64,000 nucleotides of DNA, taken from IMG/VR virus record IMGVR_UViG_2684623128_000006, positions 19,411 to 83,410 of that record. One strand, 5' to 3'. Below the pieces are notes generated by a model that worked only from the letters and a program-made list of their open reading frames with translations, had not been told where the DNA came from and made no database searches. Origin of the DNA: a virus. Taxonomy: Duplodnaviria; Caudoviricetes. Positions 38,176 through 48,393 of the stretch are shown one piece after another. The number at the start of each line of letters is the position of its first letter. Within the stretch, counting starts at the first letter, position 1. A program made the translations under genes and the position numbers.

Positions 38176-40848
38176 TTACTCCATATCAGCGCTTTGACGC
38201 TGTAACGAACGGTCATCAAAGTTGAGAGGAATAGAGCCGCTAGCCTTAGTGGCTGACGCTGGCTTGTCTTTGCTTGAGCTGCCGCTAGGCGCTGCAAAGA
38301 TAGTGGTCGGTTTGTTGTTATCACTGCCGCTAACCGCGCGCCCAATGGCATCCAGTGAATGTTTGCTAAGTTCCACGGTTTGAGGCTTGCCGCTCTCTTT
38401 GAGGTCTTTCATTGCTGCCTGTGCTTGCAGCTCGCTAACTCTCTCATTGCGTTGAATGGATGATTGAGTCGCAACCGTCTTATTCGAGGTGTTTTCGGTG
38501 TCCACTTTCACCACGGATTGAGTGTCCGTTTTCTGGTTACTTAGCTCGGTATTGATGGATGATTCATGGCTGGCTGTGGTCACGCTGTTGGTTTGCGTGT
38601 TGTTTGCAGCCTTGGTTAGTGCGGCTACGGCCTCAGCCTCTTTACGGCGTTTGATCTCCGCATCGACGGCGGCCACTTGTTCAGCTTTCTTATCTGGCGA
38701 GTAAACTTGGCCAAGCTCGGGATGCTCGACCATGCCGGACATATCCATGCCTGTTTCATTAGCCACTTGCACACGTTTGTCCTGGCTAATACGTTTTTCT
38801 CTTTCTACAGCTAAGTAAGCTTCTTTGTAGCTAATCCCTTGCTCGCTGGCCTTTTGCGATGCCTCTTGAGAGGTCACTTGAATTGAGTTTTTCGCATCAA
38901 GTTCGCGCATGGCTTGGCTATCATTGGATGTTTTAGCCGTGTGGTAGGCTTCGGCGTTCTTAAGGTGTTCTTCTTTCTCCGGTTGAGCTTTCTCAGCCTT
39001 AGAATCCTTAGCCTCTTTGTCGTCCTCAATCTCACCGCCAAATAGCTTGTAAATGCCTTTGGCCATATCGCCAGAATCAAAGGTCAACGCTTCCTTAGCG
39101 CCATCAAAACCGAACACCCCAAGCGCCGAACCAAGCAAACCAGCACCGCCACTGACTAGGCCACCCAAATCGAGCGCGTTTGCCAATGCCATTGAGCTTT
39201 TCTGGCCAGTTGTCGCTTCTTGGCCATCTTTGAGATTGAACGTCTCTTTTTGTTTGTCTTGGTCAGTGAATCCGCTAAACGCATCGTAGGCCATTAAGGC
39301 CGGAGCAAGGAAAGGGATCGCCTTGCCAGCAACAGAGCCGATTTTAGACATACCTTTAAAGGCGGCACCCGCCATCGATACGCCCTTGTTGGCCACGTTT
39401 GAGGCTTTGCTGCCAATGCCTGACATTACCGATTTAACTCGGCCACGCTTACCGTCAGCTTTACGACCACGGCGGCGTTCAAACATATCGCCAACTAGGT
39501 CTAATAGGCCACCTTGGCCATCGTTCGCCACTGCTTTGGTTGCCGAAATCAGATCGTCGAGCTTATCTAGTACATCATCGAATTGGCGTTCACGATCAGC
39601 ACTCGATTCATGGAGCACTTCAAGCATGTTTGCTCGGTAGCTCTGTTCTTTGGTGCTTTTGATCTCACTAGCTGTGCTTATCCGGCTAGGTTCACTCCCA
39701 ACAAGATTGACAGGCACGTTACCCCTAGCACCATCACGGTTAGGTCGATCACTAGACGTAATTTGCGTTGAATGGCTTGTCTCGAACGAATCTTTTGTCG
39801 CTGATAATTGTTCATGGCTAACTGTCTCTATGGCTGTGACGGCCTGACTGTCTGCCTCTGGCGCTTGCTTGCCTCGGGTAAAGAGTCGGCCTAGTTTCGA
39901 TTCTTTTAGCTTGTCCTTGGTTGAGGTGGCCTTTTCGGTCACATCATCCAATGCTTCTTTAGCGTCTTGCCCTAAGTGATAAAGCTCTTTAGCGGAGTAG
40001 AAGAACGAACCACCAGCCGCAGCGCCAGCCGCATCGGTCGCGTCGTTTTCTTCCTGTAGGAACTCTTTCACGTTATTGATGGCCAGTTGCTTAAGGCTGG
40101 TGGCCACCTTGGCAAAAACGTTCTGGCTTTCCTTTTCCGTGTCGGTTTGCTTTTCAATTTGGCGCTCTAATGCGGTTTGCTGTGCGTTCTTGTAAGCCGA
40201 TTGCTCTTGTTTACTCGCATAGCGACCATCGGAGCGTCGAAGCTTGCCGTTAGCGTCTTCCCAATAGCCCTCAAACTCTGCCAGTGCGTCAGAGACAGCC
40301 TTTTCTAACTTCTCTGGCACATCATCAAGGATTGAGGCATCCAAACCTTCAGAATTGAATTCTGGCGCTTCTACATTCACGACAACGGGCGCTTGTTTTA
40401 CTGGCTCGCGCGCGTCCTCGCTTTTCAGCGTGTCAGCAATCGACTTTACGCCACTTACAGAGCTGCTTTGCTCGATCGCTTTGGCGTCCGGCTTGGCTTG
40501 TGTTTCTGCTGGCTGACTAGGCGCAAATGACAACTCAATTTCGCCTGTACGCTTGGTCTTGGTTGCACTTGGTTTAGGTGTGCCGCTTGATTGTTGTTTT
40601 AATCCTTTTTGTAGATTAATGCTCGGAATGGTAGAGACGTTAAGAGAGGCATTGGAAACGCCCTTAGTTACCGCCTTTTCGATGCCCTTTGTATCCACTG
40701 CAAGGACGGCCTTTTGTTGGCTCGTTGGTAGAGTCTTGCCATCGAGTTTGCGACTAATCTCAGATAGCACGGTCAGCTCTTTGTCACTGGCTCGCTTCAC
40801 TGCATCAACAACCAGTGAAAGATCAACCTCTTGTTGGTTTCTGTCCAT
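38176..40848 (-). CDS. sit: tape measure protein (Sit position)
   Basis: 890 aa, A/S/G/K-rich, with hydrophobic GxxG segments; syntenic. Confidence 0.75.
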   Translation of the reverse strand: MDRNQQEVDLSLVVDAVKRASDKELTVLSEISRKLDGKTLPTSQQKAVLAVDTKGIEKAVTKGVSNASLNVSTIPSINLQKGLKQQSSGTPKPSATKTKRTGEIELSFAPSQPAETQAKPDAKAIEQSSSVSGVKSIADTLKSEDAREPVKQAPVVVNVEAPEFNSEGLDASILDDVPEKLEKAVSDALAEFEGYWEDANGKLRRSDGRYASKQEQSAYKNAQQTALERQIEKQTDTEKESQNVFAKVATSLKQLAINNVKEFLQEENDATDAAGAAAGGSFFYSAKELYHLGQDAKEALDDVTEKATSTKDKLKESKLGRLFTRGKQAPEADSQAVTAIETVSHEQLSATKDSFETSHSTQITSSDRPNRDGARGNVPVNLVGSEPSRISTASEIKSTKEQSYRANMLEVLHESSADRERQFDDVLDKLDDLISATKAVANDGQGGLLDLVGDMFERRRGRKADGKRGRVKSVMSGIGSKASNVANKGVSMAGAAFKGMSKIGSVAGKAIPFLAPALMAYDAFSGFTDQDKQKETFNLKDGQEATTGQKSSMALANALDLGGLVSGGAGLLGSALGVFGFDGAKEALTFDSGDMAKGIYKLFGGEIEDDKEAKDSKAEKAQPEKEEHLKNAEAYHTAKTSNDSQAMRELDAKNSIQVTSQEASQKASEQGISYKEAYLAVEREKRISQDKRVQVANETGMDMSGMVEHPELGQVYSPDKKAEQVAAVDAEIKRRKEAEAVAALTKAANNTQTNSVTTASHESSINTELSNQKTDTQSVVKVDTENTSNKTVATQSSIQRNERVSELQAQAAMKDLKESGKPQTVELSKHSLDAIGRAVSGSDNNKPTTIFAAPSGSSSKDKPASATKASGSIPLNFDDRSLQRQSADME

Positions 40849-40978
40849 TTTTCACCTTGTCTTGGAGCGCTTTATCTAGGCTTATGGCCATCGTTTGAGG
40901 TGTTTTGAATACCGCATCGATAGGCTGGCCACCGTAGATCGTTAAGTTCTCAATCAGTACGTTCCAACCAACGTAATC
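40823..40978 (-). CDS. short ORF upstream of the tape measure gene, probable frameshift extension of PmgB
   Basis: Lies in the +1 frame at TTT TGA; no well-spaced SD/start of its own. Confidence 0.5.
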   Translation of the reverse strand, partial: DYVGWNVLIENLTIYGGQPIDAVFKTPQTMAISLDKALQDKVKNGQKPTRG

Positions 40979-41789
40979 AAAACGTTGTAATGAAGTCGTT
41001 ATGCCGAAAGGGTAAGAGCAACGTTCGAGTTGCTTCACCTCCTTGCTCGATAACTTTCTGGCACTGCGGAATGGTGGCGACTAGGTAGTAACGCCCCTCG
41101 TCGTACTTGGTGAGCAATCCGTGACGCGCATTGCGTAGGCACTTTTCAACCTTGGCAAAGGCCACACGAAATTCCGTGTTGAGGTACATCGATTTCAATA
41201 GGTCGATTTTCCACACTAGGGCATCGTCTTGGTCTTTGGGTTGATCTTCGAACGTTAGGCAGTAGGCCAGCTCAGTGAGCGCCATGTGATTAGCTTGCTG
41301 CTTCCATTCAGCGCTGTCCGGTTCGTACTGGTCGCGCTCATTGCGAATGTTCTCAAGTTGCTCCGCTTCGTAACCGGTTAGTGGTTTCACGTTCGCTAGG
41401 TATGACTTGCCTTTCACGCTTAAGGTGATCTCTTGTTTTGGCAATCCATTGAGCGCTTTGGCCGATTCCATTAGCTCGCCCATATTGAGATCGAGATAGT
41501 GAGTTTCTTTGCAGTGCTCGCACTCATAGCTAAAGGGAATAGTGCCTAGCTCGCTGGTGGACATAAAAATCCACCACAATGCTGCGCGGCGATCTTCACC
41601 AGTCCATAGGCCGCTATCACTCATAGGGCGCTTACTGGTGTCTTGCATGTGGTTCAGATAGCGAGTTGTATTGGCTTCCTCTTGGTACTCGTTGAGGTCG
41701 CAGAACAATAGAGCGTCTTCCACGGTTGGGACTCGAAACTCAATCACTTCTGAAATGTTACTTGGTAGTGGAAATGATGGAATGTGCAT
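40977..41789 (-). CDS. pmgB: tail assembly/baseplate hub chaperone PmgB
   Basis: PSFPLPSN..FRVPTVEDA, CEHC; syntenic. Confidence 0.7.
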   Translation of the reverse strand: MHIPSFPLPSNISEVIEFRVPTVEDALLFCDLNEYQEEANTTRYLNHMQDTSKRPMSDSGLWTGEDRRAALWWIFMSTSELGTIPFSYECEHCKETHYLDLNMGELMESAKALNGLPKQEITLSVKGKSYLANVKPLTGYEAEQLENIRNERDQYEPDSAEWKQQANHMALTELAYCLTFEDQPKDQDDALVWKIDLLKSMYLNTEFRVAFAKVEKCLRNARHGLLTKYDEGRYYLVATIPQCQKVIEQGGEATRTLLLPFRHNDFITTF

Positions 41790-42310
41790 TACAGTACCTT
41801 GTTACCTACAGACATAAATTTTTGGAGAATGAGCGGGAATGACTGGATCTGGTTGCCGTTTTCGCGTGAAAACATCACGTTGCCAATCTTGGTAGGAAAG
41901 ACTTGATAGCTCTTATAGAGTGACTTTTTTCCGTCCTCATTGAGCGTAAATATGTTGATTTTGAACACGTACTCTTTGGGGATGTTGAGTGTGCCGTCTT
42001 GGTTTCTGACTTTCTTGATTCGGCTTTCAAACCATTTAGAAACAGTCAGGTTTTGGTCATCACGAACCGTTAGCGTGATTTCGCCAACACTGCTGTATGT
42101 AGGCAGCGCAATAGAGCCCGAACCGACTTGGAATGAATCCGCATCGATAGAGCCTGCACCAAAATCAATATCCTTTACGTAAATATCAAAGTCCGTTGGC
42201 GCGTCCGGCGAGTCGATTTCTACCGCCCATTGCCAGCCTTGCAGCCACGGCTTATTCATAAAGTTATTGGTCGCGCGTTTGGCGAGCTGCATGTATGGAT
42301 TCATGGCCAC
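41789..42310 (-). CDS. tub: tail-tube-like/baseplate tube initiator Tub
   Basis: QGWQWAVE..YVKDI..GEITLTVRD tube fold; syntenic. Confidence 0.7.
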   Translation of the reverse strand: MAMNPYMQLAKRATNNFMNKPWLQGWQWAVEIDSPDAPTDFDIYVKDIDFGAGSIDADSFQVGSGSIALPTYSSVGEITLTVRDDQNLTVSKWFESRIKKVRNQDGTLNIPKEYVFKINIFTLNEDGKKSLYKSYQVFPTKIGNVMFSRENGNQIQSFPLILQKFMSVGNKVL

Positions 42311-42315
42311 CTCGC

Positions 42316-42876
42316 TTAGAGCAACGATACTGGTGGAACAATGGCACGGTTCGCGCGCATTGAGTTTTCAATCTCGGCTTTACGTGCGGTTAGATCAGGT
42401 TCGGCAGCAATATCGGTCACATCCAACTTGCCAGCGATGGCAATACGGCGTTGACGCTCTGCGTTCGGGATAGTGATCAGCAATTCCAGATAATCGCCAA
42501 GCAAGCTAATGCACGGCGTTGGAAGCTGGAATGAATCAAACGGCTCATTGAGTACGTTTTGCATGTACATCAATGTCAGTGGGAATGTTTCTGCGCCCGT
42601 TAATTTCAGTTCAAGAACGTCGCCCCAAACCTCACTACGCACATAACGGCCACGGTCATCTTTGACCACCAGCCTTGCAGCAAAGTCGGACGGTAATTCA
42701 AACTGATTGTTATCGGCTAAGTCGCTTTGTTGGATGCGGGTTTTAGTGGTAAATCCGGCAATCTCTTGGTACTTGGCCAGCGCTTTACGCAATAGGCTTA
42801 ACAGCGCCTTTTCGTCGTCGTGCAGCAAGATAGGGAATCTCGCTTTCACGTCTTCGAGTAGTTCAATCGGTGTCAT
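42316..42876 (-). CDS. pmgC: head-tail adaptor PmgC
   Basis: MTPIELLEDVKARF..LLRKALAKYQ; syntenic. Confidence 0.7.
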   Translation of the reverse strand: MTPIELLEDVKARFPILLHDDEKALLSLLRKALAKYQEIAGFTTKTRIQQSDLADNNQFELPSDFAARLVVKDDRGRYVRSEVWGDVLELKLTGAETFPLTLMYMQNVLNEPFDSFQLPTPCISLLGDYLELLITIPNAERQRRIAIAGKLDVTDIAAEPDLTARKAEIENSMRANRAIVPPVSLL

Positions 42877-43198
42877 GGCCGCTCCGGTAGTGGCGGCGCA
42901 TTTTGAGATAGGGGATAGGCTTGGTGAATCTTAACTCAAACCAATAAGACGCGCGATTTAAACTTCGTTATTGTCGATGGACAGCAGAGATTAAAACTTT
43001 TCTATCGTTTAGGTATTATTTCTACGTAACACGGTAGACTAGAAAGTGACACTAAAGATATGAAACTAACTTTTTGATATAAACGTGTTAGAACTGACTT
43101 AAATACGGTAGTGGGAGAAATAGTCGTGATCAGAGGCATGTAATGACAACCCGCCTGATTTCTGCATCAACTGGGCTGTCCATACTTTAAACGATCAT

Positions 43199-43894
43199 CT
43201 ATTGGTTTAGGAATGTACTCTTGATTGAAGGCAGGATATAACCGAGGTGATCATCCCGAACCCTTAAGCTACATGTTTTGGAAAGTTCAAAATCAACGGT
43301 ATGTCCATCAACGTAAACTGAACTACTAAGTTTGTCTAGCTTATACTCCTTGCCTGCTATCAGCTTTTCCAGTGACTCAAATGCATCTTTTATGCTCGTT
43401 ATTTCAATACTAGCTTTCGCTGTTTTATCTATAACTATGCGACTGACTTTTACTTTCCCAGTACCTTCGAGTTCAGCGTTGAGGTCACGTTCAAGTACGT
43501 CTTTGAAGGTTTTTAAGTTTAGTTCTGGATTACTAAAGCCAACCTGAAAATCAAATAGTCTTGTAAAGCAATCCAAAAAAGTCCTCGTTGACTTAGGTGA
43601 ATTGTAAATCACCATCAGTAGCTTATTTGTATCAAGAACCTCTATATGAAAACTAATATTCCTATAGGTAACGTATGATATCTCATCGATGATATTACCA
43701 AATTGGTCATAAGTTTCATCGTTGAGCTCTACTCTTTCAGAGTATGTAGCGTGAAGAGCTTCCGATTCACTCAGTGACACGCCGTGAAATGTAAAGCCAT
43801 GCTGTTCATCAGACTGCTGCCTTAATTTCGACAGTATTTCTGAAACACTCTTTTTACTGTTTATCAGTAGTAACTTCAGCCTCTGACGACTCAT
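43199..43894 (-). CDS. hypothetical protein, third gene of a candidate defence operon
   Basis: AT-rich, overlaps the upstream gene, GGGGAGG SD. Confidence 0.8.
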   Translation of the reverse strand: MSRQRLKLLLINSKKSVSEILSKLRQQSDEQHGFTFHGVSLSESEALHATYSERVELNDETYDQFGNIIDEISYVTYRNISFHIEVLDTNKLLMVIYNSPKSTRTFLDCFTRLFDFQVGFSNPELNLKTFKDVLERDLNAELEGTGKVKVSRIVIDKTAKASIEITSIKDAFESLEKLIAGKEYKLDKLSSSVYVDGHTVDFELSKTCSLRVRDDHLGYILPSIKSTFLNQ

Positions 43895-44981
43895 TTTCGT
43901 CCTCCCCTAGAGTTTCTGCTACAATTTTATCAACTATTACACGTGCAGTGTCTTCGATGAGCCTAGATATCCGTAGCTCTTCTTCCATGTCCAATTTGGA
44001 TGGGTTTTTGTTGTATTCGCCCTTGGCTTTATACTTAAATTTCCCCCTGGTTATGTAAGAGAAGTCCTCAAACGTTTCTGGTTTATCGAACATCGCTTCC
44101 ATTACATAGATATCTGAACCTACAAGCTCCTCTTCAAATTTCCATCTAATTTTGGAAATGTAAAAACCGCGATTATAGAATTCTTGAAGCTCATCGGACC
44201 GCAGTACGCCTTCACCCTTTAGTGAAGCTCTACTTATATGTATACCAAAGTCCCCGGATTGATCTTTCTCATCATCTGTTGACTTAGGGTGGAACACATA
44301 GACGTCCGTAACATCTATTGGTTTAAACCCGTCCATTGTATAAAGTAGATTTTGAAAGAACCTAGTACGAGCGATAGGGTCTTCTACAGAAGCTAGATTT
44401 ATACGAGTTGAATCAAACCCCTGACCAGTCTCTTCTGCTGTCAATGAAACAGATTCTCGAATCGTTTTCTCGTATCCTTTTACTTTTGGATTGTCTGGAT
44501 ATCTTACTGTGTAACCAGAATCCGTTTTCTCAATAGTAATTGTCGCTTCTTTCTTAACGATCTGCTTGAACTCAGACTTGGTATAGTCAGGCGCTTCATA
44601 TTTTATATCAATGACATAGTTACCATTTTTATCTTCATGCCAAATGCACAAATCTTTTTCTTCAGTAACTTGTTTCTTGAGGATATTCAGCGTCATCTCC
44701 AAAGATTCTCTATCTACGCCAGTAGTGTAGTCGCTCGTCGTTGTTTTCTCTTTACGCTGCACCACGCCCATCGCTGAAGCTATCTTTTGATGGTCATAGT
44801 AGTCGTGGTTGTATTTGGAGAACTCACGAGCAAGTTCTTCTCTCTTGGTTTCGGTCGATATGATAACGCCTCGCGAAAGGAATAAATCCTTCAGTTCAGA
44901 ATTGTTAATCTTCGAAGTGTTTAGTGCGTCAAATAGAGCTTTATCAGTGACGCTATAAAGGTAATTTTTATGCATGAACAC
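43854..44981 (-). CDS. GapS4b-like protein
   Basis: N-terminus SKINNSELKDLFLSRGVII resembles GapS4b as recalled; coupled to the nuclease gene. Confidence 0.55.
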   Translation of the reverse strand: MFMHKNYLYSVTDKALFDALNTSKINNSELKDLFLSRGVIISTETKREELAREFSKYNHDYYDHQKIASAMGVVQRKEKTTTSDYTTGVDRESLEMTLNILKKQVTEEKDLCIWHEDKNGNYVIDIKYEAPDYTKSEFKQIVKKEATITIEKTDSGYTVRYPDNPKVKGYEKTIRESVSLTAEETGQGFDSTRINLASVEDPIARTRFFQNLLYTMDGFKPIDVTDVYVFHPKSTDDEKDQSGDFGIHISRASLKGEGVLRSDELQEFYNRGFYISKIRWKFEEELVGSDIYVMEAMFDKPETFEDFSYITRGKFKYKAKGEYNKNPSKLDMEEELRISRLIEDTARVIVDKIVAETLGEDENESSEAEVTTDKQ

Positions 44982-46038
44982 CCTTCCAACCGATATCTTC
45001 GGAGTTATAGAACTCTATTTTGTAAGTAATTAACTCCAGTTTAATATCGAGTCTTTTCTTCATTTCTTCGTCATACCCCCACTCATGGGCATATTTTTCC
45101 AGTGCTCTGTTAAAGTGAGATCGAGCTGAACCGCTAGTTTCTGTGTGAGGCACTTTTAATCGAATCTTTTTTCCTGCATTTAGTAACTGGTATTTTGAAA
45201 GCAAATCCAAGAGGTAGAGGAATTCATTATCTGTATTGGCCGGTCGGTTGTAATAAACCACGTAACCAGGACCGTATACTGTTCTAATTTCACCACCCAC
45301 AATGTCTTTTACCTCGTCATGCTTTATGATGATAAAAGGCGATGAGAGCATTTCGATAGTCGCAGGCAGATATTTCTGGGAAGAAACTACCTTATGGAAC
45401 GTCAACTCAGGGTAGTAAAAACCAAATTCTTTTTTCGGGAATGTGCTCAGACGAATCATATCGCTGATATCAGAGGCGATAGTCATCCAATAGTTAATTT
45501 GAAGCGGCTCAACGAAGTGTAGTTTTTTATCTTTAGGGACCGGTATTTTTGAAAGCTGGACAGGTTTAGGAGCTCTACCTTTTTGACTTTTTTTGCGCTT
45601 TGGAGGATAGAAAAAATCAAAAAAGCCCTTTTGGAATTCATTATCGTGGTTGTAAACGAATAGTAGACCTCGAACCTCAAAGTCGCCTGCGGGAATCAGG
45701 TACTTATCTCGCCAGTGTGTACTGTTTTCAGCGCAATCAATTGTCTTCGCCAAAGAAGTTAAAGCTTCTTCTATTTTCGTAGGGCTTATAGAGCCTTTAC
45801 CGTAGCTTTTTAAATCGGTATTAAATAGCACGTTCTTGTTGCTGTACGGATCTTTATAGCCAAAGACGACATCTACAGGATGCGTGTGCCTCTGGTCTTT
45901 TTCTTTGTCTACGTGTTTTTCCTGTTTTCTGCATGGAAAGTCCTGGTCATATGGACCATATTGCTCCCATTTAAAAATGCTTAGCAAATTGGAAGATACA
46001 ACTTTTGCGATTTCTTCGCGAGGCCCATTTTCAGCCAT
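44968..46038 (-). CDS. PD-(D/E)XK nuclease, GapS4a-like
   Basis: E..FPC..KH..THPVDVVF..TDLKSY motif; ATG 46038 with AGGGG SD. Confidence 0.65.
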   Translation of the reverse strand: MAENGPREEIAKVVSSNLLSIFKWEQYGPYDQDFPCRKQEKHVDKEKDQRHTHPVDVVFGYKDPYSNKNVLFNTDLKSYGKGSISPTKIEEALTSLAKTIDCAENSTHWRDKYLIPAGDFEVRGLLFVYNHDNEFQKGFFDFFYPPKRKKSQKGRAPKPVQLSKIPVPKDKKLHFVEPLQINYWMTIASDISDMIRLSTFPKKEFGFYYPELTFHKVVSSQKYLPATIEMLSSPFIIIKHDEVKDIVGGEIRTVYGPGYVVYYNRPANTDNEFLYLLDLLSKYQLLNAGKKIRLKVPHTETSGSARSHFNRALEKYAHEWGYDEEMKKRLDIKLELITYKIEFYNSEDIGWKGVHA

Positions 46039-46485
46039 TAACTCTACCCCTACCATTGAAATTAAGTTTGTTTCAAAGTTAGTTTCATAATATGCAAATA
46101 ATTGCTTTCCTTCTAGTGGGTAACTCAATGCACCATCAAGTTTTCCTCTTGATTGTGATTTGTCTTATCTAAAGCGGTAAGTTTAAGTTGGTCAAACTAA
46201 CTTTAGGTCACTTTTGAGCCAAAGAGTGCTACGAATAGAATTTGAGAGTGACTTCCTGAAAAGCCAACTATTCGAAAGGTTTTGAACTTTACTGTCTACC
46301 GACAGTTGTTGATCACTGGCATAAAATATTGATCGATTGGGATGGAAGTTAAGGGGGCAACTGTATTATTGAAAGTATTCAGCAAAGCATTACACCCCTT
46401 GTAACTCCTAGATAGATAATCGATTGACTCCCACTTCCTGTGTGCAATACTAGATGCATTAAACATTTTCAAAAAGTTTCACGTT

Positions 46486-47817
46486 ATGAGAAGAAAGATA
46501 GCGGGAGTCAGCATCCCACCAGCAAAACCTACTGATTTCATGAAAGTAGTAGAACTAATCGGTCAGCTAGACCCAATTGAGTACGGGTTTGATAGCAGCG
46601 GTAATTACTTGCATTGGAATGACTTTCAGTACCGTTCAAAAGAGTTTAAACGCGACCAAAAGGGCTACGCTTGGCATGCCCTAAAAATCAGACGTGGCCT
46701 TAACGACATTTCGCTTGTTGATGAAAAGGGCAATCCGTTCCAGCTTAGTGCCGCCAGTCTCGACGCTAAGCTATTCCGCATCGATAAACAGCTCAAACTA
46801 GAAGATTTGCCGCTATCTGCTCAAGATAAAAAGGCACACCTAGTGAAAAGCGTGATCATGGAAGAAGCCATTAGCAGCGCCCAATTGGAGGGAGCAGCCA
46901 CAACGCGCAAAGTGGCCAAGGAAATGCTTGAAACAGAACGTGAGCCTAAAGATGACTCCGAACGGATGATTATCAATAACTGGCGTTTGATTATGATGGC
47001 CGATGATCTTAAGGATGTAGAGCTCACACCAGAATTGATTAGCGGATTTAATGAAATAGCCACCGATGGCGTGTTAGAGAATGAGCACGTTGCTGGCCAA
47101 TATAGAACGGATGCGGTCATGGTTAGAGACGTGGCCACTGGCGATATTGTTCACGAAGCACCCGAACATGAGCACGTTTTGAAGCTCATTGAGCAACTAT
47201 GTGACTTCGCCAATACCGACCATACCACCAACACCAATTTTATTAACCCAATCGTTAAGGCTTGTATTCTGCACTTCATGATTGGCTACATTCACCCATT
47301 CATGGACGGCAACGGGAGAACGGCTAGGGCGCTTTTCTACTGGTTCATCCTTAAGCATGGTTATGAGAACTTTAAGTACGTCTCGATCTCTGCGCCACTT
47401 AAACTCGCGTCAACCAAGTACGTTAGAAGCTACGTTTACACCGAAACGGACGACAACGACTTAACGCACTTTGTGGACTACCAGTTAACGGTCATCATTA
47501 AGGCGATTGAGCGCTTTAACGAGTACATTAAATCTAAGATTGAAGATACGAGAGAGGTGCGCGATCTACTCGATGAATCCAATCTTAAGGATGTGTTGAA
47601 ACTGCCGCACATTGTGATTCTGGCCAAGGGATTAGAAACAGCCGGACGTGTCTTTTCAGTTAAGGAAATTCAGTCTGATTTTGATGTGTCTCATACCTCT
47701 GCGCGCAAGTATCTTGAGAAGCTGGTGGAGCTGAAATTATTGTTCAAATCAAAGGATGGCAACGAGAATACCTACATCGCACCAGCCGACTTGAAAGAGA
47801 GACTAACTAAAGCTTAA
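46486..47817 (+). CDS. fic: Fic-domain protein with C-terminal wHTH
   Basis: HPFMDGNGRTAR catalytic motif, SSAQLEG inhibitory motif. Confidence 0.92.
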   Translation: MRRKIAGVSIPPAKPTDFMKVVELIGQLDPIEYGFDSSGNYLHWNDFQYRSKEFKRDQKGYAWHALKIRRGLNDISLVDEKGNPFQLSAASLDAKLFRIDKQLKLEDLPLSAQDKKAHLVKSVIMEEAISSAQLEGAATTRKVAKEMLETEREPKDDSERMIINNWRLIMMADDLKDVELTPELISGFNEIATDGVLENEHVAGQYRTDAVMVRDVATGDIVHEAPEHEHVLKLIEQLCDFANTDHTTNTNFINPIVKACILHFMIGYIHPFMDGNGRTARALFYWFILKHGYENFKYVSISAPLKLASTKYVRSYVYTETDDNDLTHFVDYQLTVIIKAIERFNEYIKSKIEDTREVRDLLDESNLKDVLKLPHIVILAKGLETAGRVFSVKEIQSDFDVSHTSARKYLEKLVELKLLFKSKDGNENTYIAPADLKERLTKA

Positions 47818-47825
47818 GAGCATCA

Positions 47826-47853
47826 AAAAAGCCGCCAAACTGGCGGCCTTTTT
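47826..47853. terminator. bidirectional terminator
   Basis: AAAAAGCCGCCA-AAC-TGGCGGCCTTTTT between convergent fic and bplB. Confidence 0.8.
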
Positions 47854-47882
47854 GTAGGGAATAGAATAGGACAGGTTGGCGA

Positions 47883-48380
47883 TTAGAAATCTACCCAGTT
47901 GTATTGCAGTGTGAGAGCTGGCTTAACAAGTGCTGCTGTATCTTCTGTTGATAGGTCGATCACGTCTGAGCGCACTTTTACGTGCTCTAAGCGGAATCGA
48001 TGCGACTTAGCGCCCTTACCTTTAGTCGATTCTGGCGTAGACTCGATAACGACCGTGACCATTTTCTTTTCACGAACGATCTCACGTAGCATATCTAGCA
48101 CTGTACCAGTGATAGTTTCTACACACGTCACCGCAATTTCGCCTTTGTTCTCAAGCGCACCATTTTGGATGTAGCCCAAGCCCATTTGGCCAAAATCTTC
48201 TACGTCTGCACGTCCCATTGCTGGAAACTGAGTTGAACGAACCAAAACGTTGATATTTGGGTATTCTTCGATTTTCATGTCGAACTCTGTACCCATCATC
48301 TTTTCGCCAGCTTGGACGTTCTTAGTGAATTTCTGTTTCAAGAAATTCATATCGCCTTTTGCGTTAAATGCTCCGGCCAT
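47883..48380 (-). CDS. bplB: tail tube protein, P1 BplB-like
   Basis: VLVRSTQFP..DVEDFG..CVETI..STED..YNW matches P1 BplB as recalled. Confidence 0.85.
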   Translation of the reverse strand: MAGAFNAKGDMNFLKQKFTKNVQAGEKMMGTEFDMKIEEYPNINVLVRSTQFPAMGRADVEDFGQMGLGYIQNGALENKGEIAVTCVETITGTVLDMLREIVREKKMVTVVIESTPESTKGKGAKSHRFRLEHVKVRSDVIDLSTEDTAALVKPALTLQYNWVDF

Positions 48381-48393
48381 AATTACACCTATT

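Noticed and set aside
38176-40848. Lytic transglycosylase domain in the Sit-position protein
   Set aside because: No ES..GLMQ-type motif seen; called tape measure by synteny and composition only
46291-46306. LexA box upstream of the defence operon
   Set aside because: CTGT and ACAG are separated by 6 nt rather than 8; kept only as a generic palindrome
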